This document shows, one piece after another, positions 1 through 9,546 of a DNA stretch of 32,693 bases. A program made the translations under genes and the position numbers. The notes beneath the pieces were generated by a model. That model did not search any database, was not told where the DNA came from, and worked only from the letters and a program-made list of their open reading frames with translations. Numbering within the stretch: position 1 is the first letter of the stretch; every line of letters begins with the position of its first letter. The DNA lies in the NCBI GenBank assembly GCA_041586955.1, contig JBFGZE010000028.1, forward strand, positions 1 through 32,693, read 5' to 3'. The DNA is from Bacteriovoracaceae bacterium (GTDB lineage: Bacteria > Bdellovibrionota > Bacteriovoracia > Bacteriovoracales > Bacteriovoracaceae).

Positions 1-425
1 ATTTTGATATAATTCTCAATGATGACCATTATTTTTCAGTCCTATTACCTCCTCTTGATAGCACTGAAAAAGTTATCGAAGAGCTTTCAGATGAGGAACT
101 ATGGACCTATTTTATCATGGCACGAAATCATTTAGGTTTTTTAAAAAGACGCTTGACCCAAGATCTCAAACAAGTGAAATTAAATCGGCTCATTTTTACA
201 ACCATTCAAGGAATGGATGAAAAGGAAAGACGCCTTTTTTTAGACTTGCTCAAACAGCTGGGACCGAATTCTCTCAACATTGAAGAAAAATTCATTTTCC
301 AATTAATTGATGCATTTACTAAAAAAAATCTTTATCAAGAATGGAGAGCAGGAAAAAAAGAATTCATTGAAATCGGAAACCGCTTTCTCTCGCTTCCTTT
401 AAGAAAAGATCAAAAACTCCATTAA
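1..425 (+). CDS. 3' end of a hypothetical protein, truncated by the window edge
   Basis: The frame of ORF 117..425 is open back to position 3 (FDIILNDDHYFSVLLPP...TYFIMARNH), so the true start is outside the window. No family recognised. Confidence 0.6.
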   Translation, partial: FDIILNDDHYFSVLLPPLDSTEKVIEELSDEELWTYFIMARNHLGFLKRRLTQDLKQVKLNRLIFTTIQGMDEKERRLFLDLLKQLGPNSLNIEEKFIFQLIDAFTKKNLYQEWRAGKKEFIEIGNRFLSLPLRKDQKLH

Positions 426-706
426 GACTTGCTGGATTTCTTTAAAAGCATCATTATCTCTTCAATTGTTTCGTCTGTTTTTCTTGCTTCTCCCGCACCA
501 ATAGCATCTTTAACACAATGATAAAGATGCCCTTCTAATATTTCTAACTCAAGAGACTTAAGAGCGCTACGAACCGCTTTAACCTGGGTCAAAATATCAA
601 TGCAATATTTCTGAGATTCTAGCATCGACGATATACCTCGAATCTGCCCCTCGATTCGGTTTACCCTATTTTGCAATTTTTTGTGGTCTGCACCCTTTTG
701 TTCCAT
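422..706 (-). CDS. csoR: Copper-sensing CsoR/RcnR family repressor
   Basis: NRVNRIEGQIRGI, YCIDILTQ and HLYHCV give the Cys-His-Cys ligand set. Its ATG overlaps the copA stop. Confidence 0.93.
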   Translation of the reverse strand: MEQKGADHKKLQNRVNRIEGQIRGISSMLESQKYCIDILTQVKAVRSALKSLELEILEGHLYHCVKDAIGAGEARKTDETIEEIMMLLKKSSKS

Positions 707-2874
707 TAAATCAATCTCCTAATACGCAAACTATTACTGACGACAGAAATACTACTCATCCCCATCGCAATACTTGCCAAGATAGGTGGCAACATTGGTC
801 CACCAAAAAGATAGAGCAGGCCTGCTGCAACTGGAATTAAAAGAGTATTATAAACCAAAGATAAAAAGAGGTTTTGTTTAATTATGGTCATCGTCCCGTT
901 GGCGAGGGAAAGAAAATCGATGGCACGAGACAAATCCCCCTTTACAATAGTCACATCGGAAGCATTAATCGCAACATCTGTACCAGTTCCCATGGCCAAT
1001 GATAGATCCGCCTTGGCCAAAGCAGGGGCATCATTAACTCCATCGCCTATCATGGCGACCCTCTTACCTTTATCTTGGATCATTTTAATATAATCGGCCT
1101 TTTCAAGGGGAAGAGCATTGGCAATATAATGGTCAATCCCTAATTCTTTTGCGACGGAAGAAGCAACTTGCTCGTTATCACCCGTAATAAGCCAAGTTTC
1201 AATTTTTCGATCACGTAGATCGTCGATAACCTTGCGAGCCCCCTCTTTGATTTTATCGCCAACAATAATTAATCCTTTTAACTCACCATCTTTGGCAATA
1301 TAAACCTGGGTACCAATCTGGCCAGAAACAAACTGAGGTAAAAGTTCAATTTGATAATCGGACATTAATTTAGCGTTTCCAATAACATATTGATGATTGC
1401 TCATTTGGGCAATAACGCCTTTCCCTTTAATTATCTCAAAAGTGTCTGGTTCATGGATTGTAATTTTTCTTTTTTTCGCATAATTAACGATCGCCTGCGA
1501 TAAAGGATGTTCTGAAAATGATTCGATACTCGCAATATCTCTTAGAAACTCATCAGGATCGTTATCAAAGTAAATAAAATCGAGAACAAAGGGTTTTCCC
1601 TGTGTAATTGTCCCTGTTTTATCAAAAACAATGGCATTGATATTCACCGCCTTTTCAATAACTTCACCCCCGCCTATTAGAAGTCCACGCAAGGAAGCTC
1701 TTCCTGTCGCCACAACAACTGCTGTCGGAGTGGCGAGACCGAGGGCACAGGGGCAGGCAATCACAAGTACCGCAATAAAGTTCGATACCGCATTACCCCA
1801 TTGGGGGAGTGGGCCAAAAGCAAACCAAACGCTAAAAGTAAAAATCGCAATACCAATGACAATAGGTGTAAAAACGGAACTTATTTTATCGGCATAACGT
1901 TGAATATCAGGCTTATTATTTTGCGCATTTTCAACAAAGGTTACAATTTGTGCTAAAAATGTTTCAGCTCCTACTTTCTGCGCTCTATAATCAATAACAC
2001 TCATTCCATTAATTGTACCTGCAAAAACCTTATCACCTTTGTCCTTAACAATTGGGATCGGTTCTCCAGAAATCATTGATTCATCAACTGCTGAGTACCC
2101 ATTGATAACTTTACCATCAACAGGAAATTTCTCACCAGGAAGAACGCGGATAACCGCTCCAATACCTACGTCATCAATATCCACTTCACGAGGCACACCA
2201 TCAATCAGAACCGTGGCCTTTTTTGAACTTAGCTTAAGTAATGAATTAAGTGCTTCTTTCGTTTTCTTTTTCGCCTTTTCCTCAAAGTATTGCCCTAAAT
2301 AGACAAAGGATATAATAAATCCGACGGCCTCAAAATAAACTTTTTGGGTTAGCCCGATGGACAGGGAAAAATCAGAGAACAAGGTAATAAAGCTACTATA
2401 AAGGAACGCGGCACTGGTTCCAATCCCTATTAAAGTATTCATATTCGACTGGCCAGACGTCAAAAACTTAATGGCAGCTTTTTGAAATTTAAGCCCTACC
2501 CAAATCCAAATCGGCGTGGCCAGAATCATTTGGAAAAGCCAATTTAATCGATGCCCAGGCCACCCAACAAGCGGTCCCATCGCCAATAAAAAAATAATAG
2601 AAGAAAATAAGATAGCAAGAAAGAAACGATTAAGATTATTCTCATTTTTCCCTATCGAACCTTGCCCCTCCTCGAGAAAAGAATAGCCCAAGCTTTTAAC
2701 TTCATTGCGAATATTAACTTCGACACCGGGGTCCTGAAATTCAAATTTGCCTGTCTCTGTGGCAAAATTCACATTGGCAAGGTTAACACCATCAATTTTG
2801 CGAATGGCCTTCTCAATATTGGCCGCACAGCTCGCGCAGCTCATACCTGAAATTTTCACCTGTAGAGTGCTCAT
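706..2874 (-). CDS. copA: Cu(I)-translocating P1B-type ATPase
   Basis: N-terminal GMSCASC heavy-metal-binding domain, CPCALG, DKTGT, HP, GDGVNDAPALA, and the YN and MxxSS transmembrane Cu(I) ligands. Confidence 0.96.
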   Translation of the reverse strand: MSTLQVKISGMSCASCAANIEKAIRKIDGVNLANVNFATETGKFEFQDPGVEVNIRNEVKSLGYSFLEEGQGSIGKNENNLNRFFLAILFSSIIFLLAMGPLVGWPGHRLNWLFQMILATPIWIWVGLKFQKAAIKFLTSGQSNMNTLIGIGTSAAFLYSSFITLFSDFSLSIGLTQKVYFEAVGFIISFVYLGQYFEEKAKKKTKEALNSLLKLSSKKATVLIDGVPREVDIDDVGIGAVIRVLPGEKFPVDGKVINGYSAVDESMISGEPIPIVKDKGDKVFAGTINGMSVIDYRAQKVGAETFLAQIVTFVENAQNNKPDIQRYADKISSVFTPIVIGIAIFTFSVWFAFGPLPQWGNAVSNFIAVLVIACPCALGLATPTAVVVATGRASLRGLLIGGGEVIEKAVNINAIVFDKTGTITQGKPFVLDFIYFDNDPDEFLRDIASIESFSEHPLSQAIVNYAKKRKITIHEPDTFEIIKGKGVIAQMSNHQYVIGNAKLMSDYQIELLPQFVSGQIGTQVYIAKDGELKGLIIVGDKIKEGARKVIDDLRDRKIETWLITGDNEQVASSVAKELGIDHYIANALPLEKADYIKMIQDKGKRVAMIGDGVNDAPALAKADLSLAMGTGTDVAINASDVTIVKGDLSRAIDFLSLANGTMTIIKQNLFLSLVYNTLLIPVAAGLLYLFGGPMLPPILASIAMGMSSISVVSNSLRIRRLI

Positions 2875-2875
2875 T

Positions 2876-3109
2876 TTAGACCTTTGACATTTTGGTAACA
2901 GAAAAACCTAGTTCTTCAATTTCCTTTTTGATTGTCATTGTCGAGAGTGAATTTGAAGCAGTAATTTTAACGGTCTTATCGCTTAATTCAATCTCTGTGT
3001 TCTCAATCCCATCAATATCTTTAAGCCCTGCCTCAATTTTATTAGAACAGGAACCACATTTCATACCTTCAACTTCAAATATTAAACTTTGTCGACTAGA
3101 ACTCATCAT
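2876..3109 (-). CDS. copZ: Copper chaperone (single HMA domain)
   Basis: GMKCGSC motif in a 77-aa protein that ends 1 nt before the copA start. Confidence 0.9.
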   Translation of the reverse strand: MMSSSRQSLIFEVEGMKCGSCSNKIEAGLKDIDGIENTEIELSDKTVKITASNSLSTMTIKKEIEELGFSVTKMSKV

Positions 3110-3315
3110 AATTTCCTTTGTTTATAGTTGTATTTAATTTTAAATTCTATTGCCTTAGAGGCCTTACAAAACCTTTCAGACAAATATTCCCTAATTATAT
3201 GACATGGCCAAAAGGTTCTGCTCTTGAGTGTTTTCATTATTCTTGAAATAGAAAATGATCTCTCTTTTCTTTAGCGAGAAACATAAATCACTTGAGCTTA
3301 CCTGGCGCCCGCGAC

Positions 3316-3332
3316 ATACCCCTACAGGGTAT
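3316..3332 (-). promoter_or_regulatory. CsoR operator (ATACCC-N5-GGGTAT) overlapping a probable sigma-70 promoter
   Basis: The minus strand reads TTGCCT-17 nt-TATACCCTGTAGGGGTAT. This is the C/G-tract inverted repeat typical of CsoR operators, about 200 nt upstream of copZ. Confidence 0.8.
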
Positions 3333-3609
3333 ACTCCTTTCACTTAAAAAAGGCAAGCATTACCATCGGGACTTCACTTGCTATCGCCGCAACTCGTCAA
3401 TAAATATTGCTTCGTAAGTTGCCATCTGCTTTTCAATATTTAATTTAGGTTTAGAATTGATCGTGATAATTTTTGTGACAGTGGAACTTATACTTTATGT
3501 CACTAATTCCACTATAGTGATGCCTCGACAATATTCCCAAGTGATGTGCTTTTGATTGATTATCTAATTAAGACCATTCAACAGAAGAAGTTGTGGTCTG
3601 CTCATAAAC

Positions 3610-3639
3610 CCAGGTTCCACTTCTTGAAGCGGAACCTGG
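3610..3639 (-). terminator. Probable intrinsic terminator of the 3654..4364 gene
   Basis: CCAGGTTCC...GGAACCTGG stem 14 nt after the stop, followed by GTTTAT on the minus strand (weak U tract). Confidence 0.6.
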
Positions 3640-3653
3640 ATTGATATTCTATT

Positions 3654-4364
3654 TTAACGATAGAAAACGCATCTTTGACCACTATGTCTCGCACGTTCAC
3701 AGCGTCTCCAAGCTCTTCGGCAAGCACGATTTTTAGCATCTACCGGATGCCAGTCCCTGGCACGAGCTCTAAAGCGATCGACTCGTAGGCCATGACGGCC
3801 AATTAATAAAAAGTGACAGCTTCTTGAATAGGTAAACGGTCCAATTAGATCACGACGGTGTCCTCGACGGCCAAAAAATCGGAAGAAAAAACCACCTCGA
3901 CGATGACGATGGTGAATACGATGGCCACGGCTTCCGCCTCGTCGTCCGCGATTAAAGCGCGGGCCAGGACCACCTCGTCGCCCCCGATTAAAGCGCGGGC
4001 CCGAACCACCGCGAGGGCCACGATTAATACGTGCTCCTCGACCACCACGTCCGCGCACACCTACTCTCCCTCTACCTCTACGCCGCTTATCCTTATCAAC
4101 TTCTACTTCCTTTGTAATATTGTCCTTGGCCTCTAGAGCTTGGGCCGAAAGAGGGGCAGCTTCACAAAAACCATTATAGGCGACTTCTTTTTCAAGGCAT
4201 TTATTGATGGCCAATTCACAAGCTTTCTCTAGGACTTCATCATCCTCTTGAAAAGTGGCTATAAATGAATCATCCTCATCAAACATTTCGACCTCGCACA
4301 TCGCGCCGTACGAAAGATGGACGGAGAAAATAAATGATAGAAATAATATATATAATCCTTTCAT
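3654..4364 (-). CDS. Secreted hypothetical protein with two 4-Cys domains and an Arg/Gly-rich repeat linker
   Basis: Signal peptide MKGLYILFLSFIFSVHLSYG-A, AAGGAG ribosome-binding site 7 nt before the ATG, downstream hairpin and upstream sigma-54-like motif. Confidence 0.75.
   Translation of the reverse strand: MKGLYILFLSFIFSVHLSYGAMCEVEMFDEDDSFIATFQEDDEVLEKACELAINKCLEKEVAYNGFCEAAPLSAQALEAKDNITKEVEVDKDKRRRGRGRVGVRGRGGRGARINRGPRGGSGPRFNRGRRGGPGPRFNRGRRGGSRGHRIHHRHRRGGFFFRFFGRRGHRRDLIGPFTYSRSCHFLLIGRHGLRVDRFRARARDWHPVDAKNRACRRAWRRCERARHSGQRCVFYR
3930..4035 (-). repeat. Intragenic 36-nt (12-aa) tandem repeat, about 3 copies
   Basis: cgattaaagcgcgggcc at 3949 and 3985 and cgattaa at 4021. Protein reads GARINRGPRGGS / GPRFNRGRRGGP / GPRFNRGRRGGS. 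Confidence 0.85.
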
Positions 4365-4405
4365 CTTTACACTCCTTAAAGACGTTAAAAATCCCTACTT
4401 TGTAC

Positions 4406-4422
4406 AGCAAGTATCATACCAA
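4406..4422 (-). promoter_or_regulatory. Putative sigma-54 (-24/-12) promoter
   Basis: The minus strand reads TTGGTATGATACTTGCT, with exact GG-N10-GC spacing and a TTGC box, about 40 nt upstream of the ATG at 4364. Confidence 0.65.
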
Positions 4423-4783
4423 TTATTCTTTACATCTATCATCACTTAACGCAGATCTAAATGGTGCCAAAAAAAGTCACAGAGTCAGAATGTAACCAAG
4501 AAAAGAAATTTATAATGAATTAAATTATTGTGCTCAAATTAATCGGACGGTGTGGCCAATGTCACCCAAAGCATTCCTAATTAAAAAAAATATTTGATTT
4601 TTCAAAAAAGATTAAAGCTTAAGAAGTTTTGGTCAGGCATTCTTTTATAGGGAAATTGTCATTATTTAAAAATTAAAATACATCCACTAAAACAATACGT
4701 CATCTCGTTGATCAAATTGACGTCACTGTTATATAAAAATATTCATATTTGTAGCAATTCTTTAACAATGCTATAAAAAGAAA

Positions 4784-5392
4784 ATGAATATTTTAGATGA
4801 TCAACGTTTTAAGGCCATGGTAGGTTCATTATTTCTAGCGTCCCTCTTTGCTTTGGCATTTATCCTCATGCAAGTAATGACCTCCCAAGGGTTATTTGGG
4901 CTACAGGATAATGGCCCTCTTGTATTGGCCTTTGATATTAATTCTCCTTTTATCAATTATGGACTCGCAATTATCACCTCTTCAATTGTTCACACTGACA
5001 CTTCCCACCTATTACTCAATACGGCAATTCTCATTATTTTTGGACCCCGGGTGGAGAAGGCCCTCGGTAGATCAATTTATTTAACATTTTTTTTGTTTCT
5101 ACACCTTGTGTCTCTACTGGTATTGACTTTGACCTTTGGTATTGGCCTAGAACATTCAATCTTTGTGAGCGGAGCGAGTGCCGCCATCTTAGGAATATTA
5201 TCATTCTCTCTCTTAATACAGGGGAAATTTAAAACCAATATTTTGGCCTTTATCTTAATTGCTGGCGCTTCTATTCAAACGGCGACACCGGATTATATCT
5301 CGCTCATTGGCCATTTAACTGGGCTTGCAACAGGTACTATAACTTATCTGATTTGGAAATCTGTTCATCAAAAGATGAATCCAAATATTTAA
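4784..5392 (+). CDS. Rhomboid family intramembrane serine protease
   Basis: HxxxxHLLLN, FGPRVEKALG, catalytic GAS (SGASAA) and GHLTG, with about 6 hydrophobic segments. Confidence 0.88.
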   Translation: MNILDDQRFKAMVGSLFLASLFALAFILMQVMTSQGLFGLQDNGPLVLAFDINSPFINYGLAIITSSIVHTDTSHLLLNTAILIIFGPRVEKALGRSIYLTFFLFLHLVSLLVLTLTFGIGLEHSIFVSGASAAILGILSFSLLIQGKFKTNILAFILIAGASIQTATPDYISLIGHLTGLATGTITYLIWKSVHQKMNPNI

Positions 5393-6881
5393 TCAATCGT
5401 AAATTACCGGCCATATCCCATAAGTACCATCCTTCCTCTTTAGCAGTGGCAGCAGCAAATGTGGTTTCCCATTTTGCATCTCCCTTTTCGGGCATCCATG
5501 TGACAAGAACCTTTCCGCTGTCCGGGTGGAGAATAAAAAGACCCTTATCTTTACTTGCATAAACAAGAACATCTCTATATTGGTCATAATTAACGCCCGA
5601 TAAAGAAAGTCCTCTCGTTTTTGTTTCATAACACCAATTAACTTTACCGGTTTTCATATTTAAGCGACAAATCTTACCTTTAATATCACTATAAACCAGA
5701 TCGCCATCAATATTGAGTGGTACGCTGGCGATGGGTGCTAAATTACGATGCGAATAAGTGGGGACACCTGATTCTTGGTTAAAACAAGTGATCCCGCCGA
5801 TTTCCGATTTAAAATAAATTTCCCCCACCACATAACATACATCAGTGTCGACAATCACCGGTTTCATCCAACTAGATGCCGGAATTTCCCTTTTCCATAT
5901 TTTTTCACCTGTATTAAAGTCATAGGCGATAGCAAATGTTTTATTATTTTTAATATCTCCTCTTTCCCTTCCTGTTCCCGAATAAATTTTACCATTATTA
6001 AAAGTAACAGATGAATCTAAATGACCATCGTTCTGATGCCAAACTTTTTTTAAAGTCTGAGCGTCTAGAGCATAGAGTCCATCTGAACCAGACGGTGCAA
6101 ATAATAAAGTTTTACCATTATAAGATTGAATAAATGGCTGCCCCTCGGTATGCCCTTTAGTTGTAAACGATGATTCTAATTGACCATTTTCTAAGTTAAA
6201 GGAGTAGATACGAGCATGGTGTGTATCGTGAGTCCCCTCTCCAAAATAAAGGCGATTGTTCCAAACGATGGGGCCGGGAGAAATAAAAGTCCCCGTATAA
6301 AACTCACGAATGACTTTTTGCTCTTTACGGTTAAATTCTTTAATACGTCCATCTTTAGTGCCAAAAAATAATGTGTCCCCTGCATCGCCGGCGGCACGAA
6401 AACCTCCGCTTTGAAACTTCCAACTCTTCCCTAATTTAACTTCGTTCCAATTTGATTTATCATGGGTAATAGCGCCCCTTTTAAATTCATTTTGGCGGCC
6501 AGGAAAGTTTTGATACTTAATACCAGGCAACTTCCCTGATACATTTTTATTATTCCGTTCAATATTAAATAAAAAGGATGGCATATTTTTAACGTACACA
6601 TAACCTTTATAACCACCCCAAAAACAAAGGTTTGTCACAACCGCGGTTAGTATAAATCGAGGTTTTAAAAGTAATTCGAGGAATTTACGAGGACCTTCTG
6701 CCTTAAGTTCTATCCCAAATAATCCTGCGACAAAGGAGGCCGCGACAGAAATCCCCACACTGATGACAGTCAAAGGGATAAGCACTGTCGGAATAATTAA
6801 TTGATGAACTTCAACTATTGTTGAAACTTCACTGAAGAGTGATGCGACCATGACTACCATCCAACCATACTTTATCGCCAT
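5337..6881 (-). CDS. Membrane-anchored PQQ-binding-like (BamB-like) beta-propeller protein; start codon uncertain
   Basis: Repeated blades of the 'LYALDAQTLKKVW', 'AYDFNTGEKIWK' and 'LNMKTGKVNW' type after N-terminal hydrophobic segments. It overlaps the end of the upstream dikinase gene. Confidence 0.8.
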   Translation of the reverse strand: MAIKYGWMVVMVASLFSEVSTIVEVHQLIIPTVLIPLTVISVGISVAASFVAGLFGIELKAEGPRKFLELLLKPRFILTAVVTNLCFWGGYKGYVYVKNMPSFLFNIERNNKNVSGKLPGIKYQNFPGRQNEFKRGAITHDKSNWNEVKLGKSWKFQSGGFRAAGDAGDTLFFGTKDGRIKEFNRKEQKVIREFYTGTFISPGPIVWNNRLYFGEGTHDTHHARIYSFNLENGQLESSFTTKGHTEGQPFIQSYNGKTLLFAPSGSDGLYALDAQTLKKVWHQNDGHLDSSVTFNNGKIYSGTGRERGDIKNNKTFAIAYDFNTGEKIWKREIPASSWMKPVIVDTDVCYVVGEIYFKSEIGGITCFNQESGVPTYSHRNLAPIASVPLNIDGDLVYSDIKGKICRLNMKTGKVNWCYETKTRGLSLSGVNYDQYRDVLVYASKDKGLFILHPDSGKVLVTWMPEKGDAKWETTFAAATAKEEGWYLWDMAGNLRLIKYLDSSFDEQISKSDKL

Positions 6882-9174
6882 CTTTTAAACGTTGATGACA
6901 TCGATTAATACCACTAACTGCAGGAAGGCCCATTTCACGTGCCAAAATACCACAATGACTAAGGACTCCCCCTTTTTCTACTATAATTCCGCGTGATCTT
7001 GCAAAAAGAGATGTCCAACCAGGGTCAATGGCCTCTGCGACCAAAATAGCATCGTCAGGCCAATCTTGATCATCTAGATTAGCGAAATCGCTAACAACCC
7101 GAACAGTTCCTTCCACCAAACCTGGGGATATAGGTTCCCCTTCAAAAGAATCATCACCAGGGTTGGCCTCACCATTAATAACCCTTTCAATTTCATCAAG
7201 TCCTGTAATTGATGGAAATGAAAACTGCTTAAATGTTTGGCCCTTCATTTTACGCTCAGCGATCAAGTTCTTGACTTCCTTTGAAGAGAGAGTGGAAGTC
7301 CCCATTAATAATTCCTCGATTTCTAATAACGAAAGCCAATGAATATCTTTATTGACATCAAGGCGCTTTCCTATTTCTTCGCTAATAAAACGGATATGGG
7401 CATAAGGTCGCAAAAGCTCCATTTTCCATTGTTCTCGTAGCTCCAGCATCTCCTTGAGCAATTTCCACTCTTGAGCAATGATACTTCTTTTAAATGTGTC
7501 CATTGCCCCAATCTCTGTTTCAACAAGATCCTTTTTATTTTCAAATTTATCTTTATGCTCTTGGTATTTTTCCTCACTCATTTCGACAAAGGCCTTATCA
7601 CCAAGTTCAATCCAACGAGGATTGGAAAGATCTAGTTCACCAGGCCCCCGATGCCCATAACGCGACATAAAGAAAGATCTCGTATTTTTATAAGCACAGG
7701 CCTTTTTATAATAGAGATTCATTTCTGAAGTGGCGGTATGCAGACCATTTCCCATCCATTTTTTAATTAGCTCATTTGCTTTTTCCTCACCCTCGACCGA
7801 TTTTAGGATGGATAGGAGATTGGCAATAGTTGATTCTGTTAAAGTGATAAGGATAAGTGGCCAAAGTAAATAATTTTTAGAAAACCCATGACCTTCTTTT
7901 TGCAGGCGCTGAAGTAATTCATCATTACTCCAGCTATTGAAGACATCGGGCTTCATGGGACGCGCCATTTTATTTTTAAAATATAATAATTCCTGACGGC
8001 ATTGGTTAAGCCATTTTTTTCTATTGGCGGATAATTCCCAGCCAACCTTTGCCATTTTCCAAATAGCAAGAGGCGCCCTAAAGATTGTCGGCCAATCAAG
8101 CTTTTTCCAATCAAATTTCAAGTGAGGTCTAGGTTTAGGAACAATTGAGTACGGAATGGGTCCAAAAAAAAGAACATTTAGCTTGGACAAGTTCACATAT
8201 GCACGGCCATAGACTTCATCTAAAATACTACTCTCCGGGCAAAATTTCTGGTCCACAAAACTTAGATAGCCCAACCTTTCCAAGGCATCTCCAAACGCTT
8301 TATGAGGAGAAAAGGCCTCTTTCCAAATGCTCAATGTTAATTGGGTAGGAGTTCCCGCCCATTCAGCGAAAGTTTGACCATCCCATGCTGGCCGCTCAGG
8401 ATGATTTAATTTGAGACGCTGGAGTTCATCATCAACAATTTTTTGTTGGGAGGAGAGACTTTTAAGGGCAGTCACTGGTCGAGCCTGTAAAACGTAGAAG
8501 GTACCATCTTCATCGACAGACCATTCCATATCGACTTCCCCACTGACTAGCGATACGCCTTTTTTACCAGCTGCTTGAATCTCCTCCATATAATGAGGTT
8601 TCCATTCAGCAAAAGTGATCCCCTCGCCGCTCTTAGAGTTCGTTCTTTGGGGTGTTTTTCGCCCCGATACGAGCTCTTCACCAAGACCTTCAACCACTTC
8701 AAGTAAATCTTCATCATTAATTCCACGAGGGTCTTTTGAAAAATAGACGCCAGAAAACTTGGGGTTAAGCATTTTTTGAATAACGACACTCATTTTGGCG
8801 ACATTCTCGCCATCCATGAAATACTCGCGATAGGCGCGACTGGCCTGGCGATCAACAGAACAAAAACAGGCCTTAATCGCCGCTTTAATTTCTTCTTGCC
8901 CATGGACATTAAGGTAGGTCGAGTTTTGCCCCGCAAAACTAAACTCGGCGGAATCCTCACCGAGAGCGGAACTACGAATCGCAAGATTGGGCTGCCCCAT
9001 CTTTTCCCAAAGGGAAAAAATACGAGACCATTCCTCTTCTTTTTCAGGCATTGTTGTTAATATAGCGCCTTCTGGAACTGGCATTCCTTTTTGATACATT
9101 TGGGCCAATAAAAGGGCCTTTGAGCCTACATCTTTATTCGTAAAGTCGTGTTCACTAAAATGAATAAACGCCAT
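6829..9174 (-). CDS. PEP-utilizing enzyme family small-molecule dikinase (rifampin phosphotransferase/PigC-like architecture)
   Basis: N-terminal ATP-grasp motifs (GSKA, AIRSSALGEDS..SFAGQ, EGLGEELVSG, DMEW, LQARP), a central domain with YGHRGPGELDLSNPRW, and a C-terminal swivel His domain (DPGWT, GGVLSHCGILAREMGLP). Confidence 0.85.
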   Translation of the reverse strand: MAFIHFSEHDFTNKDVGSKALLLAQMYQKGMPVPEGAILTTMPEKEEEWSRIFSLWEKMGQPNLAIRSSALGEDSAEFSFAGQNSTYLNVHGQEEIKAAIKACFCSVDRQASRAYREYFMDGENVAKMSVVIQKMLNPKFSGVYFSKDPRGINDEDLLEVVEGLGEELVSGRKTPQRTNSKSGEGITFAEWKPHYMEEIQAAGKKGVSLVSGEVDMEWSVDEDGTFYVLQARPVTALKSLSSQQKIVDDELQRLKLNHPERPAWDGQTFAEWAGTPTQLTLSIWKEAFSPHKAFGDALERLGYLSFVDQKFCPESSILDEVYGRAYVNLSKLNVLFFGPIPYSIVPKPRPHLKFDWKKLDWPTIFRAPLAIWKMAKVGWELSANRKKWLNQCRQELLYFKNKMARPMKPDVFNSWSNDELLQRLQKEGHGFSKNYLLWPLILITLTESTIANLLSILKSVEGEEKANELIKKWMGNGLHTATSEMNLYYKKACAYKNTRSFFMSRYGHRGPGELDLSNPRWIELGDKAFVEMSEEKYQEHKDKFENKKDLVETEIGAMDTFKRSIIAQEWKLLKEMLELREQWKMELLRPYAHIRFISEEIGKRLDVNKDIHWLSLLEIEELLMGTSTLSSKEVKNLIAERKMKGQTFKQFSFPSITGLDEIERVINGEANPGDDSFEGEPISPGLVEGTVRVVSDFANLDDQDWPDDAILVAEAIDPGWTSLFARSRGIIVEKGGVLSHCGILAREMGLPAVSGINRCHQRLKDGDKVWLDGSHGRITLQ

Positions 9175-9546
9175 TATTATCCGCCTCGTTTTTGTCTACT
9201 TAACTCATACCGTCTGAAGCGGCAGAAAAACATGATTTAGATCAGATCCAGAACTAACAACTCGCAGCGCATTTTAAAAGAATGGGTTATTTTTGATCCG
9301 CCACATAAATATACTCTGTAGCACTATTAAGTTCTTTGATCACCGTAAGTCAAGATTACCTAAATCCCGATGACTTATATTTATTATCTAAAGTTCGCCA
9401 CCATACCCACTCACCTGAACAAAGCAGAGCACAACACAATATAGATCACCTTTTATTGCGACCTAGCTCCTATACTTTCAATCTCTCTGTTCTACTATAC
9501 ATTGGTAACAGTTCCCCTAAATTTCTCTTAAAAATGGATGGTTTTA

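Noticed and set aside
3930..4035. 36-nt periodicity as a possible CRISPR array
   Set aside because: It is an in-frame coding tandem repeat with no unique spacers and no cas genes.
3845..4136. ORFs 3858..4136 (+) and 3845..4060 (-) with KARARTT / ARALI repeats
   Set aside because: They are other-frame readings of the 36-nt repeat. The signal peptide, ribosome-binding site and Cys pattern support the 236-aa frame.
5337..5392. 56-nt convergent overlap between the rhomboid and beta-propeller genes
   Set aside because: Short 3' overlaps recur in this compact genome (also 422-425 and 21224-21251), and there is no evidence of a function.
9175..9546. Possible purine riboswitch or 80-aa ORF upstream of deoD
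   Set aside because: No recognisable aptamer junction sequences or terminator. The ORF starts at TTG, overlaps deoD out of frame and has no motif.
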